This document shows, piece by piece, positions 55,008 through 64,000 of a stretch of DNA of 64,000 nt (positions are counted from its first letter, which is position 1; every line of letters begins with the position of its first letter). The notes beneath the pieces are model-generated. The model was not told where the DNA came from and did no database searches. It was given only the letters and a program-made list of their open reading frames with translations. The position numbers were made by a program, and so were the translations under genes. The stretch spans positions 17,636 through 81,635 of the IMG/VR virus record IMGVR_UViG_3300020420_000012; one strand, given 5' to 3'. The stretch comes from a virus.

Positions 55008-55625
55008 TTAATTCATTTTTGCTTTACCTTCATACGTTCTAATAGATACGTTATCTGTAACGGGAAACTTTATTGCATCGTGTATGTGATGCATTATAAA
55101 TTTAGTATTTGGAAATTCTTTAAACATGTTTGACCAAACTGGACGCCAGTTAGTGGCAAGTCTGTTTGTGTTCAGATTGCCTCTGTCTGAATTAAGATAG
55201 AAATCAGAACAACTTCTCATGTTAAAATCAAAATTAGAATCAAATCCATACATATGAACCTCATCAGCTTTAATTTTATTCGCTGCATAATGCACAGCCA
55301 TATGACCGCAATTAAAGTCAGTATAGTTTGCAACATATTTAGGTAATGTAGTGTAAAATTCTTTAACTTGACTTGAAAATTTAAGATAAAAACCTGGCTT
55401 TTGATCCATCCAAATTTTTGGTCTCATACCAAGAATCCAATCACCGGGTATAGTAAGAGACCCTTCACTTAAAGCTCTCATCATTTTAAAATCTACCATT
55501 ACTGTACCATATGCACCTGGTACAGGCCATGGCGGAATATTACATGTTAGTTTCATTCCTACTCTTTTTTCATGATGATATAAGCTAGCTTGATCACCGT
55601 TTCCAATTACATGAACTATTTTCAT
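55008..55625 (-). CDS. Glycosyltransferase-like protein (GT29/GT42/Maf-like Rossmann pattern)
   Basis: VIGNG...CN...NCGHMAV..A...VHMYGFD. Confidence 0.5.
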   Translation of the reverse strand: MKIVHVIGNGDQASLYHHEKRVGMKLTCNIPPWPVPGAYGTVMVDFKMMRALSEGSLTIPGDWILGMRPKIWMDQKPGFYLKFSSQVKEFYTTLPKYVANYTDFNCGHMAVHYAANKIKADEVHMYGFDSNFDFNMRSCSDFYLNSDRGNLNTNRLATNWRPVWSNMFKEFPNTKFIMHHIHDAIKFPVTDNVSIRTYEGKAKMN

Positions 55626-56260
55626 ACCATCTCCGCTATCTTTATCTTACCTCTTTGTCCGGTCCAATGTGCTATTTTTACTTCTCCACCATAACCATCT
55701 TTTTCTAATTGTATTCTTAGAACGTTATACGAATTTGGCAAATCGGCAATATACTTAATTTTTGTAATAGGCGATAATATTTTGTCTAAAACTTCTTGAT
55801 CTCCGTCTTCTGGATTTTCTTTAACAGCCTTAACCCATTGATATAAAATTACAGGTTTATCTTGAAATCCAACCACACCAGAATTATGCCAAAGGTGACC
55901 ACGTCTCCAAGTCCAAGGTTCGTCTCTTGCCATCAGCAATTTTTCTGGTTCTATAAGATTAAAGATATCATCTGTATTTTGTTTTATTTCACAGTCTGTG
56001 TCAACCCATACTGTTTTCTTTGCAGGACTTTTTAGCATTGATAGTGGTTTTTTAAACCAGCCTTTTTCTTCTGCTTTTGTTAGATCCATTACAGCATGCA
56101 CATTTTCTCTTACTATTTGTAAACTTAAATCTGTGATTCCAAAGTTTGCAAAGATGAGAGGTTTCTTATTATATTTTTTAAAGTTTTTTATAAACCACGG
56201 TAACATCCATTCGTGAGTATTATCACAACCTGTTACGTAAGCTTCATCATATAATTTCAT
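55622..56260 (-). CDS. GT-A fold nucleotide-sugar transferase
   Basis: GWFKKP...WVDTD...NSGVV...GDQEVL...YN...HWTG; start adjusted. Confidence 0.7.
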   Translation of the reverse strand: MKLYDEAYVTGCDNTHEWMLPWFIKNFKKYNKKPLIFANFGITDLSLQIVRENVHAVMDLTKAEEKGWFKKPLSMLKSPAKKTVWVDTDCEIKQNTDDIFNLIEPEKLLMARDEPWTWRRGHLWHNSGVVGFQDKPVILYQWVKAVKENPEDGDQEVLDKILSPITKIKYIADLPNSYNVLRIQLEKDGYGGEVKIAHWTGQRGKIKIAEMV

Positions 56261-56888
56261 ACGTTTCACCATAATTATGTTTTGCCCAACAACCTTCTTT
56301 TCTTTGTATGGTTGTAAAACTATCCCTCGCTTCAACTGGCCATGGATAATATTCGCCTAATGTAAACTTAGAACTATGTATAAAGATGTCTGTAGGTCCA
56401 GCTGAGTATAAAGATTCATCAATTAATTCTTGTGCACCCTTCGGTGTAATTCTATAAGCATGCGCACCAGGGAAATATGGTTTAGAAACAAGTTGACCAT
56501 AACCAATAAATTTAGGTGTGTTAAATTTACCGTATGATGGTTTACCTAAACTTAAGATGTCAAACATTTGTAATTGTGGTATTTCTCCAACTAAAACAGC
56601 ATCATGCTCAAATATAACTATCGGCTCTTTTAATCTAATACATTTTTTCCAAAGACTATGGTGACTTAAAAATCCTGCGATACAATTTTCTGGTCTGCTA
56701 TATTTTTCTATAAAACCCTTTTCACTGTATTTTAATTTTTTAAGCTCTTCATATACGTTACAATTTTGCGGTGTGTATGCCTTATGTTTTTTTATATAAG
56801 CATCAAACTTTATTCCACTTTTTATACACCTTTCAGCGACCTGTACCGATCTTTCATTATCAGTCATTGTAATTACAAACATTTTCAT
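56247..56888 (-). CDS. Glycosyltransferase family 25
   Basis: FLSHHSLWKKC...IVIFEHDA...GAHAYRITPKGAQELI; start adjusted. Confidence 0.75.
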   Translation of the reverse strand: MKMFVITMTDNERSVQVAERCIKSGIKFDAYIKKHKAYTPQNCNVYEELKKLKYSEKGFIEKYSRPENCIAGFLSHHSLWKKCIRLKEPIVIFEHDAVLVGEIPQLQMFDILSLGKPSYGKFNTPKFIGYGQLVSKPYFPGAHAYRITPKGAQELIDESLYSAGPTDIFIHSSKFTLGEYYPWPVEARDSFTTIQRKEGCWAKHNYGETYEII

Positions 56889-57583
56889 AGCGTTGTTGTT
56901 GACCTCAATCCTTGTATTCTTGTGTAAAAGTTTCTTGTTACACCAAGATTTGGTACCAGTTGTCTGCACATTAATGCATCATTTGGCCACATACCATATC
57001 TTTGTGACAAGTCTATCATTCTTGCAGCACCTGCAGGTTTAATAACATATGCAGAGTTGCCAGCCAAACCTTGTGGAATATGAACTTCGTCAATCGTCGG
57101 CACCGGTTGAAAAAAATCTGTTTTCGAAATTATTGCATCGTGATAATCTTTTGACTTTCTTGTAGCCATCGACGGATCATTTATACCAATGATATCATAA
57201 TCACAATTTTTAAATGTTCTATCACTTGGCAATTTTTTAATAAATTTAGCATCATGCTCTAAAATTAAAATTGTTTCATTAAGTTTTAAACATTTTTGCC
57301 ATAAGTACCAATGACCTAAGAAACAAGATATCCTACGTCTTTTATCTGCAGTTTGATAAGCGCTTTTTGTAAGGCCTGTTTCTATATCAATCATTGAACC
57401 TTCCCATGGATAATTCCAAGTCAAATCATTAGCTGACGCATAATTATCTACTTTATTCAGTTCGATAGCATTAAACTTTTCAATGCCTTCTTCATGTCCA
57501 TACTTATCATAACTTTCTTTAAGTTCAGAAAAACCTGATTCAGAAAGTTTGTTATCTTTAACAACTATGGCAAAACACTTCAT
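56885..57583 (-). CDS. Glycosyltransferase family 25
   Basis: CFLGHWYLWQKC...ILILEHDA...GNSAYVIKPAGA. Confidence 0.75.
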   Translation of the reverse strand: MKCFAIVVKDNKLSESGFSELKESYDKYGHEEGIEKFNAIELNKVDNYASANDLTWNYPWEGSMIDIETGLTKSAYQTADKRRRISCFLGHWYLWQKCLKLNETILILEHDAKFIKKLPSDRTFKNCDYDIIGINDPSMATRKSKDYHDAIISKTDFFQPVPTIDEVHIPQGLAGNSAYVIKPAGAARMIDLSQRYGMWPNDALMCRQLVPNLGVTRNFYTRIQGLRSTTTL

Positions 57584-57971
57584 TTTTAACCTCTGAGTAA
57601 TAACTGCCTATGCAGTATTTTCTTAATTTATCAAAACTTCTTGTATTATCTATTATTATATCAAATCTTGGATTTTTCCATATCTCAATCATTAAATTTT
57701 CTATTGATTTCTTATCATCAATATTACACCTTGACCAATAAATTTTTTTATCTTCTAAAAAACTAAAATCTTTAGGTTGTTTATTTTCAAATGAATCAAT
57801 ACAGTATATATTACAATTATTTAAATATTTATTCCATACTGGAATGCTATTATCGATACCAACTTGTAGTAACGACATCGGGCTAAATCTTTTTGAATAA
57901 AATTCTTTCTCATAATAATTTGCAAACTTAACTCTATTTGACTTATATTTTGTTAAAAGATTATATAGCAT
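57558..57971 (-). CDS. Degenerate SAM-methyltransferase-like protein
   Basis: LLQVGI...IYCID...FDIIIDN; start adjusted. Confidence 0.4.
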   Translation of the reverse strand: MLYNLLTKYKSNRVKFANYYEKEFYSKRFSPMSLLQVGIDNSIPVWNKYLNNCNIYCIDSFENKQPKDFSFLEDKKIYWSRCNIDDKKSIENLMIEIWKNPRFDIIIDNTRSFDKLRKYCIGSYYSEVKNEVFCHSC

Positions 57972-58701
57972 CTCTAACAAATCTTTCAATAGCAGCACCA
58001 CCGTATACACAATGATGGTCATTATTTTCACTTAACATTTGGTACCAACCATACTCAGCTGGCCACAATCTTTTTTCTGCGTCGTATTGAAAAACTTTTT
58101 CTGGATCAAATTTTTTTCTTGGATGTATTATTAAGTTATCGTTTAGCCACCAACTCCAATCACGGCTTACTGATAGATGAGTATCGATTGTAGTAAATTT
58201 ATGTGGAATATCGTAAAATGCATTCATTTTAGTATAACGACCACCTCTGATTGAAAAACCAATAGCTATTTGTTCATTGTATGACTGATCAACATATTTA
58301 TCAAATTTAATTCTTGAACCACAAACAGTATCCCATCTTATTCTAACTACCATATCATATTCTTCTGGCAAATCTCTAACTTGATAAGCGTGTGCTAGTA
58401 TTTGTTTAGTTGAATGATTTAAAGATTCTACTGTGTAGACAGATTCTGACTTTTTTTGTATTCCAATCTTATATTGTTTAAATTTGTGATGTGGATTATC
58501 TTCCACACATTCTGTCCATGAATTATATTTTAAAACTGGCTCTGGATACGTAACGCAGTTTAGTTTTTTTGACATGTCATTCTGCTGTTCTTCCCAAGTT
58601 GCATAAAATAAATCAGCCTCAGGCATTGCATTTTTTACATGTTCAATATTTCTCTCTACTTGTCCTCTTACGATTCCAGAAAAGCAAATAGCTAGTTTCA
58701 T
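57961..58701 (-). CDS. Putative glycosyltransferase-like protein
   Basis: MKLAICFSGIVR...ATW...YDMVVRIRWD. Confidence 0.5.
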   Translation of the reverse strand: MKLAICFSGIVRGQVERNIEHVKNAMPEADLFYATWEEQQNDMSKKLNCVTYPEPVLKYNSWTECVEDNPHHKFKQYKIGIQKKSESVYTVESLNHSTKQILAHAYQVRDLPEEYDMVVRIRWDTVCGSRIKFDKYVDQSYNEQIAIGFSIRGGRYTKMNAFYDIPHKFTTIDTHLSVSRDWSWWLNDNLIIHPRKKFDPEKVFQYDAEKRLWPAEYGWYQMLSENNDHHCVYGGAAIERFVRDAI

Positions 58702-59393
58702 TTAAGTTTCTCCAAATCTTCAGGCGTTCCCATAATGTCATGTCTTATATTTCTATCAATTCCAATATGACCACCTTTTTGTATTAACTTGTTAAACACT
58801 GGAGCTATATAAAATTCACCATTCACTCTTTCATTTCTTTCAATCATTTCAATTCCATACTTAACAAAGTTACTACCTTTTTTCCAATAATATAATCCAC
58901 CAATTGCTAAGTTGCTTATAACTTTTTTTTCTGCAATTTCAGAGACATATTCTTTATCAAGAAGTACATAACTATGAGCTGGACTATTTGATTCAAACAC
59001 ACATACCATTCCATCAAATTCTTCATCGATTTTATTTGGATCTATTTGTGGTTCAAAGTAACAATCAGGAGTAAAAATAATAAGTGGTTCATTATTATCA
59101 ATATGTTCTTTTGCAAGTAAGCAGGTTGAAAGTGCGCCATCAGTAAGCCCTGGAATAATAATTATTTTACAGTCTTTATATTTACTTCTTAGAACTAAAT
59201 TTAAATTATGTTCTTTACAGTGGTCTTCTCTAATAATAAAGATTAAATTACAATTATCAGTTTTGACAGATTCAAGAGATCGATCTAATATTGTTTTTCC
59301 ATTAATCTCTATCAAAGGTTTTGGTACAGAATATCCTGCATCTATGAATCTTTGTCCATTACCAGCAATCGGTAATAATAAATTAGTTTTCAT
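58698..59393 (-). CDS. Sugar-phosphate nucleotidyltransferase
   Basis: PIAGNGQRF...PKPLI...TDGA...EKK.IS...VNGEFYIAP...GTPEDL. Confidence 0.85.
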   Translation of the reverse strand: MKTNLLLPIAGNGQRFIDAGYSVPKPLIEINGKTILDRSLESVKTDNCNLIFIIREDHCKEHNLNLVLRSKYKDCKIIIIPGLTDGALSTCLLAKEHIDNNEPLIIFTPDCYFEPQIDPNKIDEEFDGMVCVFESNSPAHSYVLLDKEYVSEIAEKKVISNLAIGGLYYWKKGSNFVKYGIEMIERNERVNGEFYIAPVFNKLIQKGGHIGIDRNIRHDIMGTPEDLEKLK

Positions 59394-60048
59394 AAGTTAG
59401 TACCTTTAAAGTTTGTTGATGAGCATTCTCTAGCGATTTTTCAATATCGTCCACATTTAACATGTTTGAAATAAAACATGCCGCAAAGGCATCGCCAGCT
59501 CCTAACACATTTATATTATTCTTAACTTCAGTTGTAAATGAGTATTGTTTCTCTCCATCGGTGCACATACTTCCTGATGGATAATGAAGAATCACATGGC
59601 CTCTAGTTAATTTTGCAAGTTCTTTTACATCCATAAATAAATCTTCTTCAGATATGAACAAGTAGTCAATGTACTTTATTTCATTTATAATATCCATTTT
59701 ACCTGCAGTAACATCAGCAGATATTTTTCCATTTAAATTTTTTATGAATGAAGTATCTTTTAGTTTATTAAGATATAAAATATGATGCCAATGAGCATTA
59801 ATGATTTGTGGTTTTGTGGTTTTTAAATTTAAGTTGCCTCTACCAAATCTTTGTGAAGATGTTTCGTTAATTAAAACTACAGCCTCACCAACTGCACATG
59901 GCGATAACTTATATTTAACGTTAGTATCAATAACGTTTAATGCATTCCAGAAGTTTGCAATAGCGCCTAACGAAATTTCTTCTTTAAAATTCCTAATTAT
60001 TCTATCAACTGTAATATGACCATAAACTGCTAAATCATATTCATACAT
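59383..60048 (-). CDS. PfkB/ribokinase family sugar kinase
   Basis: GHITVD...NVLGAGDAFAACF. Confidence 0.8.
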   Translation of the reverse strand: MYEYDLAVYGHITVDRIIRNFKEEISLGAIANFWNALNVIDTNVKYKLSPCAVGEAVVLINETSSQRFGRGNLNLKTTKPQIINAHWHHILYLNKLKDTSFIKNLNGKISADVTAGKMDIINEIKYIDYLFISEEDLFMDVKELAKLTRGHVILHYPSGSMCTDGEKQYSFTTEVKNNINVLGAGDAFAACFISNMLNVDDIEKSLENAHQQTLKVLTYEN

Positions 60049-60052
60049 TATA

Positions 60053-60598
60053 TTACCTCATTTCTGCGGTCGATTGCTCCAGTTTGTCAAGTTCAATAAC
60101 TTTATCTATCGTTGTTCCACTTATATAATTTAGCGTCTGGCAGACATCATAAAGTTCCACTATACAACCTTCACCACCTTTTCTTTTTAATTTTATAAAC
60201 GCTGCATCTCTTATAGTCAAAGGTGAATCACTTGGACATGCGGTGTATAATAATTTTTGAAACATTTGATAATCAAAGTAATCATCGCCTACAAACAACA
60301 TCTCATTGTATTCTACTTCATACTTATTTTTAAATTCATTAAGCCAAAGTGATTTATCTAATCCATCTTGTTTATCTCTTGTGCAATAAAAATCAATATT
60401 TCTTTTTTCTGCCATAGTTTTATTATAATTATCTCCACTTATCATAATAACTTTTACACCAGCTGCGCTAAACCTTTTTATTGCAGTGAAGTCTTTGCAC
60501 ATAAATTTTTTGTAAATTGGTCTGTGATCTATATCATAAACTTTTGTGCCGTCGGTTAGAACACCATCAACATCAAGTATCAATAATTTTAATTTCAT
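60053..60598 (-). CDS. HAD phosphatase, KdsC-like
   Basis: LDVDGVLTDG...ISG...K...FVGDD..D...ACPSD...KGGEGC. Confidence 0.85.
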   Translation of the reverse strand: MKLKLLILDVDGVLTDGTKVYDIDHRPIYKKFMCKDFTAIKRFSAAGVKVIMISGDNYNKTMAEKRNIDFYCTRDKQDGLDKSLWLNEFKNKYEVEYNEMLFVGDDYFDYQMFQKLLYTACPSDSPLTIRDAAFIKLKRKGGEGCIVELYDVCQTLNYISGTTIDKVIELDKLEQSTAEMR

Positions 60599-61218
60599 GC
60601 TTCTACTTTTATAACATATTGTGTCATACCTTTTCGATTCATACCAAAGTCAGTTTGCAAAACAAATTCATTAACTGCCTTAGTCACACCAGGTTTTTCC
60701 CATTTTGCATCAGGCCAACCATAATCATCACCAATAATTAAACCTCCAGGTTTTACTATTTGTAAAGCGTTATTTAAATCTTTCTTGCACTGTTCATATG
60801 AATGGTCTCCATCAATGTAAATCCAATCTAACATTTCAAAATTACCGTGTCCTTTTGATGCTAAGTACTTTTCAAAGAAATTATCAGAAGTTTCTCTACA
60901 AAGTTCAACTTCTTCAAAATCTTTAAATCGAGATTTTATATCGTCAAATACTCTATCATAATATTTTTGGAAACCTGCTTCTGCAATTTCACCTGTTATT
61001 GGTTGATACTTTGCTAGCCACTCTTGATAACTCATTTCTGAATTTTGTTTGTAAGGTTCAACTGAATATGGATCTATCATATAGAATTTTTTTAAACCTT
61101 TTTTTAAAAACTGTGTAGAAGTGTTTCCCATCCAAACACCAATTTCTGCACCAATTGTATTTTTTTTGATTAAATGCATAACGTGCACCGCGTCTTTATT
61201 TGTATGTGTTGCCATCAT
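60595..61218 (-). CDS. Class I SAM-dependent methyltransferase
   Basis: GAEIGVWMG...IDPY...LDWIYIDGDHSYE...VKPGGLIIGDDY. Confidence 0.85.
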   Translation of the reverse strand: MMATHTNKDAVHVMHLIKKNTIGAEIGVWMGNTSTQFLKKGLKKFYMIDPYSVEPYKQNSEMSYQEWLAKYQPITGEIAEAGFQKYYDRVFDDIKSRFKDFEEVELCRETSDNFFEKYLASKGHGNFEMLDWIYIDGDHSYEQCKKDLNNALQIVKPGGLIIGDDYGWPDAKWEKPGVTKAVNEFVLQTDFGMNRKGMTQYVIKVEA

Positions 61219-61221
61219 AAT

Positions 61222-61989
61222 TTACACCATAAATTTTTTGCTACCATTACTAACAGCTCTTACCATGTGATGTGATAAGTAGCCACCAACCTTATTATAT
61301 ATGTGTATCTTTTCAAATGGCATGTATAGTTGAGCTAAATGAAACATACCTGAATCGCTACCAACATGAAAATCAGCATTAACCATGGCTAATCCAATAT
61401 GAGCGAGTGAAGTTTTAAAATTTCCTTTGCCTTCGCCACCTACATATATGACTTCTCCCTTGTACTTCGAGTGTATTTTTTCTTGAAGTAAAGGTGAGAG
61501 AGTTCTACCTGCATCTGTTGAATCCCACTGGACGGTTATGTATTGATCCGGTAACCAATCATTAACTATAGGTTTTAACATAACAGGTTTTTTTAAGTAT
61601 TGCGACATCTCTAATGGAACTACTGTTTCATTAGGGTGCATGTGCAATGTATCTTTAAAATAATAAATTTCTGCATCAATTCTTTTCTGTTTTAAATATT
61701 TAAGCCACTCATCTTCTGGTAAGTTTTCTACTGGCCACGGCTGAACATATACGGTATTTTTTGGAAAAAGATCTAATATTTCTTTCCATGACTTTTTCTT
61801 CTTATCTGAAATTTTACCGCCAGCCACACTCCACTTGTCATCAGTTAAATGTAAAGTTACTGGCGTGTTATGAAATTTACCATATTGGTATGCACAAAGT
61901 ACACTTTGTATTCTATCACCTAATCCTGGTGTAGTATATGGTCTATCACCTGATCTTATACTTTTGGATCTTAATGCTATATGTTTCAA
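61222..61989 (-). CDS. GT-B-type glycosyltransferase-like protein
   Basis: GLGDRI...FHVGSDSGMFHLA (GT9/fucosyltransferase-like motifs). Confidence 0.6.
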   Translation of the reverse strand: MKHIALRSKSIRSGDRPYTTPGLGDRIQSVLCAYQYGKFHNTPVTLHLTDDKWSVAGGKISDKKKKSWKEILDLFPKNTVYVQPWPVENLPEDEWLKYLKQKRIDAEIYYFKDTLHMHPNETVVPLEMSQYLKKPVMLKPIVNDWLPDQYITVQWDSTDAGRTLSPLLQEKIHSKYKGEVIYVGGEGKGNFKTSLAHIGLAMVNADFHVGSDSGMFHLAQLYMPFEKIHIYNKVGGYLSHHMVRAVSNGSKKFMV

Positions 61990-62330
61990 TGACTTTTCTT
62001 TTCTGTAAAATCGCTACCGAAATAAATGTCTATTCGCTTTTTAGTTTCGTGTCTTAAATCGTTAAGTTGAGTAATTAAGAAAGCAGTATCAGACTCTTTC
62101 TTACTATATCTTTCTACGTCTTTTCTCTTAACATCCTCTAAATCCCATAACTGTAAGTTTATGGCTTTGATTATATTTAAGTAATAATTATGGCCATCGT
62201 CTAAATCAATCAACCTATGATGATAGTTTGTTAATTCATTTTCAACGTCTAATCCTTTTTCTTTTTTAATTTTTAATATTGATAATCTATCTAAATAGTC
62301 ACCTACGCTTATTGCAGTTGCAATTTTCAT
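61986..62330 (-). CDS. DUF6165-like protein
   Basis: ISVGDYLDRLSILKIK...INLQLWDLED..R...LNDLR...K..I...GS...EKKS. Confidence 0.7.
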   Translation of the reverse strand: MKIATAISVGDYLDRLSILKIKKEKGLDVENELTNYHHRLIDLDDGHNYYLNIIKAINLQLWDLEDVKRKDVERYSKKESDTAFLITQLNDLRHETKKRIDIYFGSDFTEKKSH

Positions 62331-63154
62331 TGTACAATCTCCATCAATTCTTCTACGTTTTCACCACCATTTGGTAATTTATCTTTAAGAAAGAAATGTA
62401 CAAAATACGCTTCTTTTATATTTTGATCTGGTATGGCTGTATATAATGCATTCCACTTCCAATCTAATTCTTGCTGAATCATGTTTTCTTTTTTAATCCA
62501 ATAGTTTAATAAAGTTTGATCTGTGCTCCATTTCCAAGGACCCATACCATCTACAAATTTCTTAAACTCAGGCCTTGTTACAAAATCTTTACCAGATTGA
62601 CGTTTTCCATTCGATCCAATTGGTAAGTATTTTACAAATTGTCTATTCATTAGCATAAGACCCATATTATAAAAATGTCCACCAAAGTTATTCCATTTCC
62701 AATCTACGTCAGTTAAAGACCTGTACTGCATATTTGTATAGTTCATTAATTTTTGTTGATACCAAAGCATGATTGGTGCAGTTCTTTCGACTACACCTGC
62801 AAATTCTGTTTCATCAGACATTTCGTTAAATATATTTGGAGTATCTGGTCTTATCCAGATGTCAGCATCAATTATGCAAATTTGATCATACCTGTCCCAA
62901 TAATCAAACGCATTTTCTTTTTCATAAATTGGTAAAAATCCACCGTACTTCTCATAAGATTCTGTGCTTCTGTTAGATACAAAAACGTCTGGTTTAATTC
63001 TCATAATAGGTTGAGTTTGAACTATATAATCAACTCTATTTCTTACGTTTTCTTCTTTATTAATTTTTTCAGCATAAGCTTTTACAGATGCTGTACAATG
63101 ATCGTAAAGTTTTGATCGTTTACCTGTATAAACTTGATATATTAGTCTTTTCAT
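62327..63154 (-). CDS. GT-A glycosyltransferase (GT8/GT34-like)
   Basis: IIDADI...YNMGLML...TDQTLLNY...WKWN...FVHFF. Confidence 0.75.
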   Translation of the reverse strand: MKRLIYQVYTGKRSKLYDHCTASVKAYAEKINKEENVRNRVDYIVQTQPIMRIKPDVFVSNRSTESYEKYGGFLPIYEKENAFDYWDRYDQICIIDADIWIRPDTPNIFNEMSDETEFAGVVERTAPIMLWYQQKLMNYTNMQYRSLTDVDWKWNNFGGHFYNMGLMLMNRQFVKYLPIGSNGKRQSGKDFVTRPEFKKFVDGMGPWKWSTDQTLLNYWIKKENMIQQELDWKWNALYTAIPDQNIKEAYFVHFFLKDKLPNGGENVEELMEIVQ

Positions 63155-63726
63155 CTTCTAAAAATTCCTAGTAAACTATTTGTCCTATGATGTCTATTTA
63201 TGATTTTAAAATCATTATTAAAAAAATTAAAATCTTCTTCTATTATTTGAGTTAATTCTTTTGGAGATATTTCAAGAGGATCTAATTCTCTCATTTTGTT
63301 TTCAGCACCAGTGGCAAGTTCTATACAAAGCATACCATTTTTGTTAACTTGATCCGTCCACGTTTTTAATGCTTTGTAAGGATCGTATGAATGGTCGAGT
63401 GAGTTACTATATACAATATCAAACTTACCTACATAAGATTGTATTTGTTCGTGAAAGTCGTGCTGAATAGTGTTGGGAAATTGTTTTGCAGTGTGTGATA
63501 TTTCTGTACCAACAATATAGTACAATGAAGGAATGGCTTTTTTAAACATGTCGAGCTCAGCGCCATTCCTTGTACCATGACAAATAATATCTTTTGCGTC
63601 AGGCTTGTAATTAGCTATTATGTCAAATACTTTTTGATCTGCCCATACGTTCTTAATTTTACTTACGTTACCTTCGGTTTGCACTCTAACATATTCTTCA
63701 TAATCTTTATACTTCCAAAGTTTCAT
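63151..63726 (-). CDS. SAM-methyltransferase-like protein
   Basis: ICHGTRNGAE...GTEIS...HDFH...FDIVYSNSLDHSYDP. Confidence 0.7.
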   Translation of the reverse strand: MKLWKYKDYEEYVRVQTEGNVSKIKNVWADQKVFDIIANYKPDAKDIICHGTRNGAELDMFKKAIPSLYYIVGTEISHTAKQFPNTIQHDFHEQIQSYVGKFDIVYSNSLDHSYDPYKALKTWTDQVNKNGMLCIELATGAENKMRELDPLEISPKELTQIIEEDFNFFNNDFKIINRHHRTNSLLGIFRR

Positions 63727-63740
63727 AACAAAATCCTAAT

Positions 63741-64000
63741 TTATTTTTTCTTTGCTAGTGCTTCCTTACCATAGAATGCAGCAACAATAGCAGCAACTGA
63801 TACAAAGTATACAGCTGCCATGTCTCCTAGTATCTTTGCAGCATTATCGAGACCGAATAATGTTGCAGTAATAACAAAAGTAGGGTAAAGTAACATACCA
63901 CCAAGAGCAAACCAAGCCATATTTCTTTGTGCATCTTGTTTTTTATCTTCATTTTCAAGTTGTATCAACTTTTGTTCCATTTCAAATTCTTCATCAGTAA
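63741..64000 (-). CDS. Phage two-TM membrane protein (partial; start beyond the window edge)
   Basis: Frame is open to the window edge (TDEEFEMEQK...); DAQRNMAWFAL...YFVSVAAIVAAFYG. Confidence 0.55.
   Translation of the reverse strand, partial: TDEEFEMEQKLIQLENEDKKQDAQRNMAWFALGGMLLYPTFVITATLFGLDNAAKILGDMAAVYFVSVAAIVAAFYGKEALAKKK

Noticed and set aside
1-64000. CRISPR array, integrase, transposase, reverse transcriptase or stop-codon recoding
   Set aside because: None seen. The repeats found are dispersed promoters, and core genes are full length and end at TAA, TAG or TGA.

Overview
This 64 kb window is part of an AT-rich, T4-like (large myovirus) bacteriophage genome. A two-piece tmRNA with an ANDNFAPQEFAQAA tag and an alphaproteobacterial-type cytochrome b suggest a probably aquatic alphaproteobacterial host (inference). 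Layout: baseplate/tail module at 1-18.6 kb (gp8, gp9-like, gp7, gp6, gp25, a three-part gp5, gp27-like, gp53, gp48, gp4, gp2, gp54, gp26/gp51, tape measure); gp32 and gp33; an early operon with class II RNR and a full-length cytochrome b; spanins; an ~11 kb block of basic proteins with capsid-targeting-like N-termini; a PiT-like transporter; early genes; a domain-permuted radical SAM enzyme; a GC-rich, promoter-driven non-coding segment with a pseudoknot; a cluster of six Fe(II)/2OG-type oxygenases plus kinase and GNAT-like genes headed by a 28-aa peptide; the tmRNA; a Cys-rich mini-protein; and a ~9 kb glycosylation/NDP-sugar cluster. Ten early promoters, several TATAAATA late promoters and a UUCG terminator are visible. 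All family assignments come from motif recognition by eye; no database searches were run.
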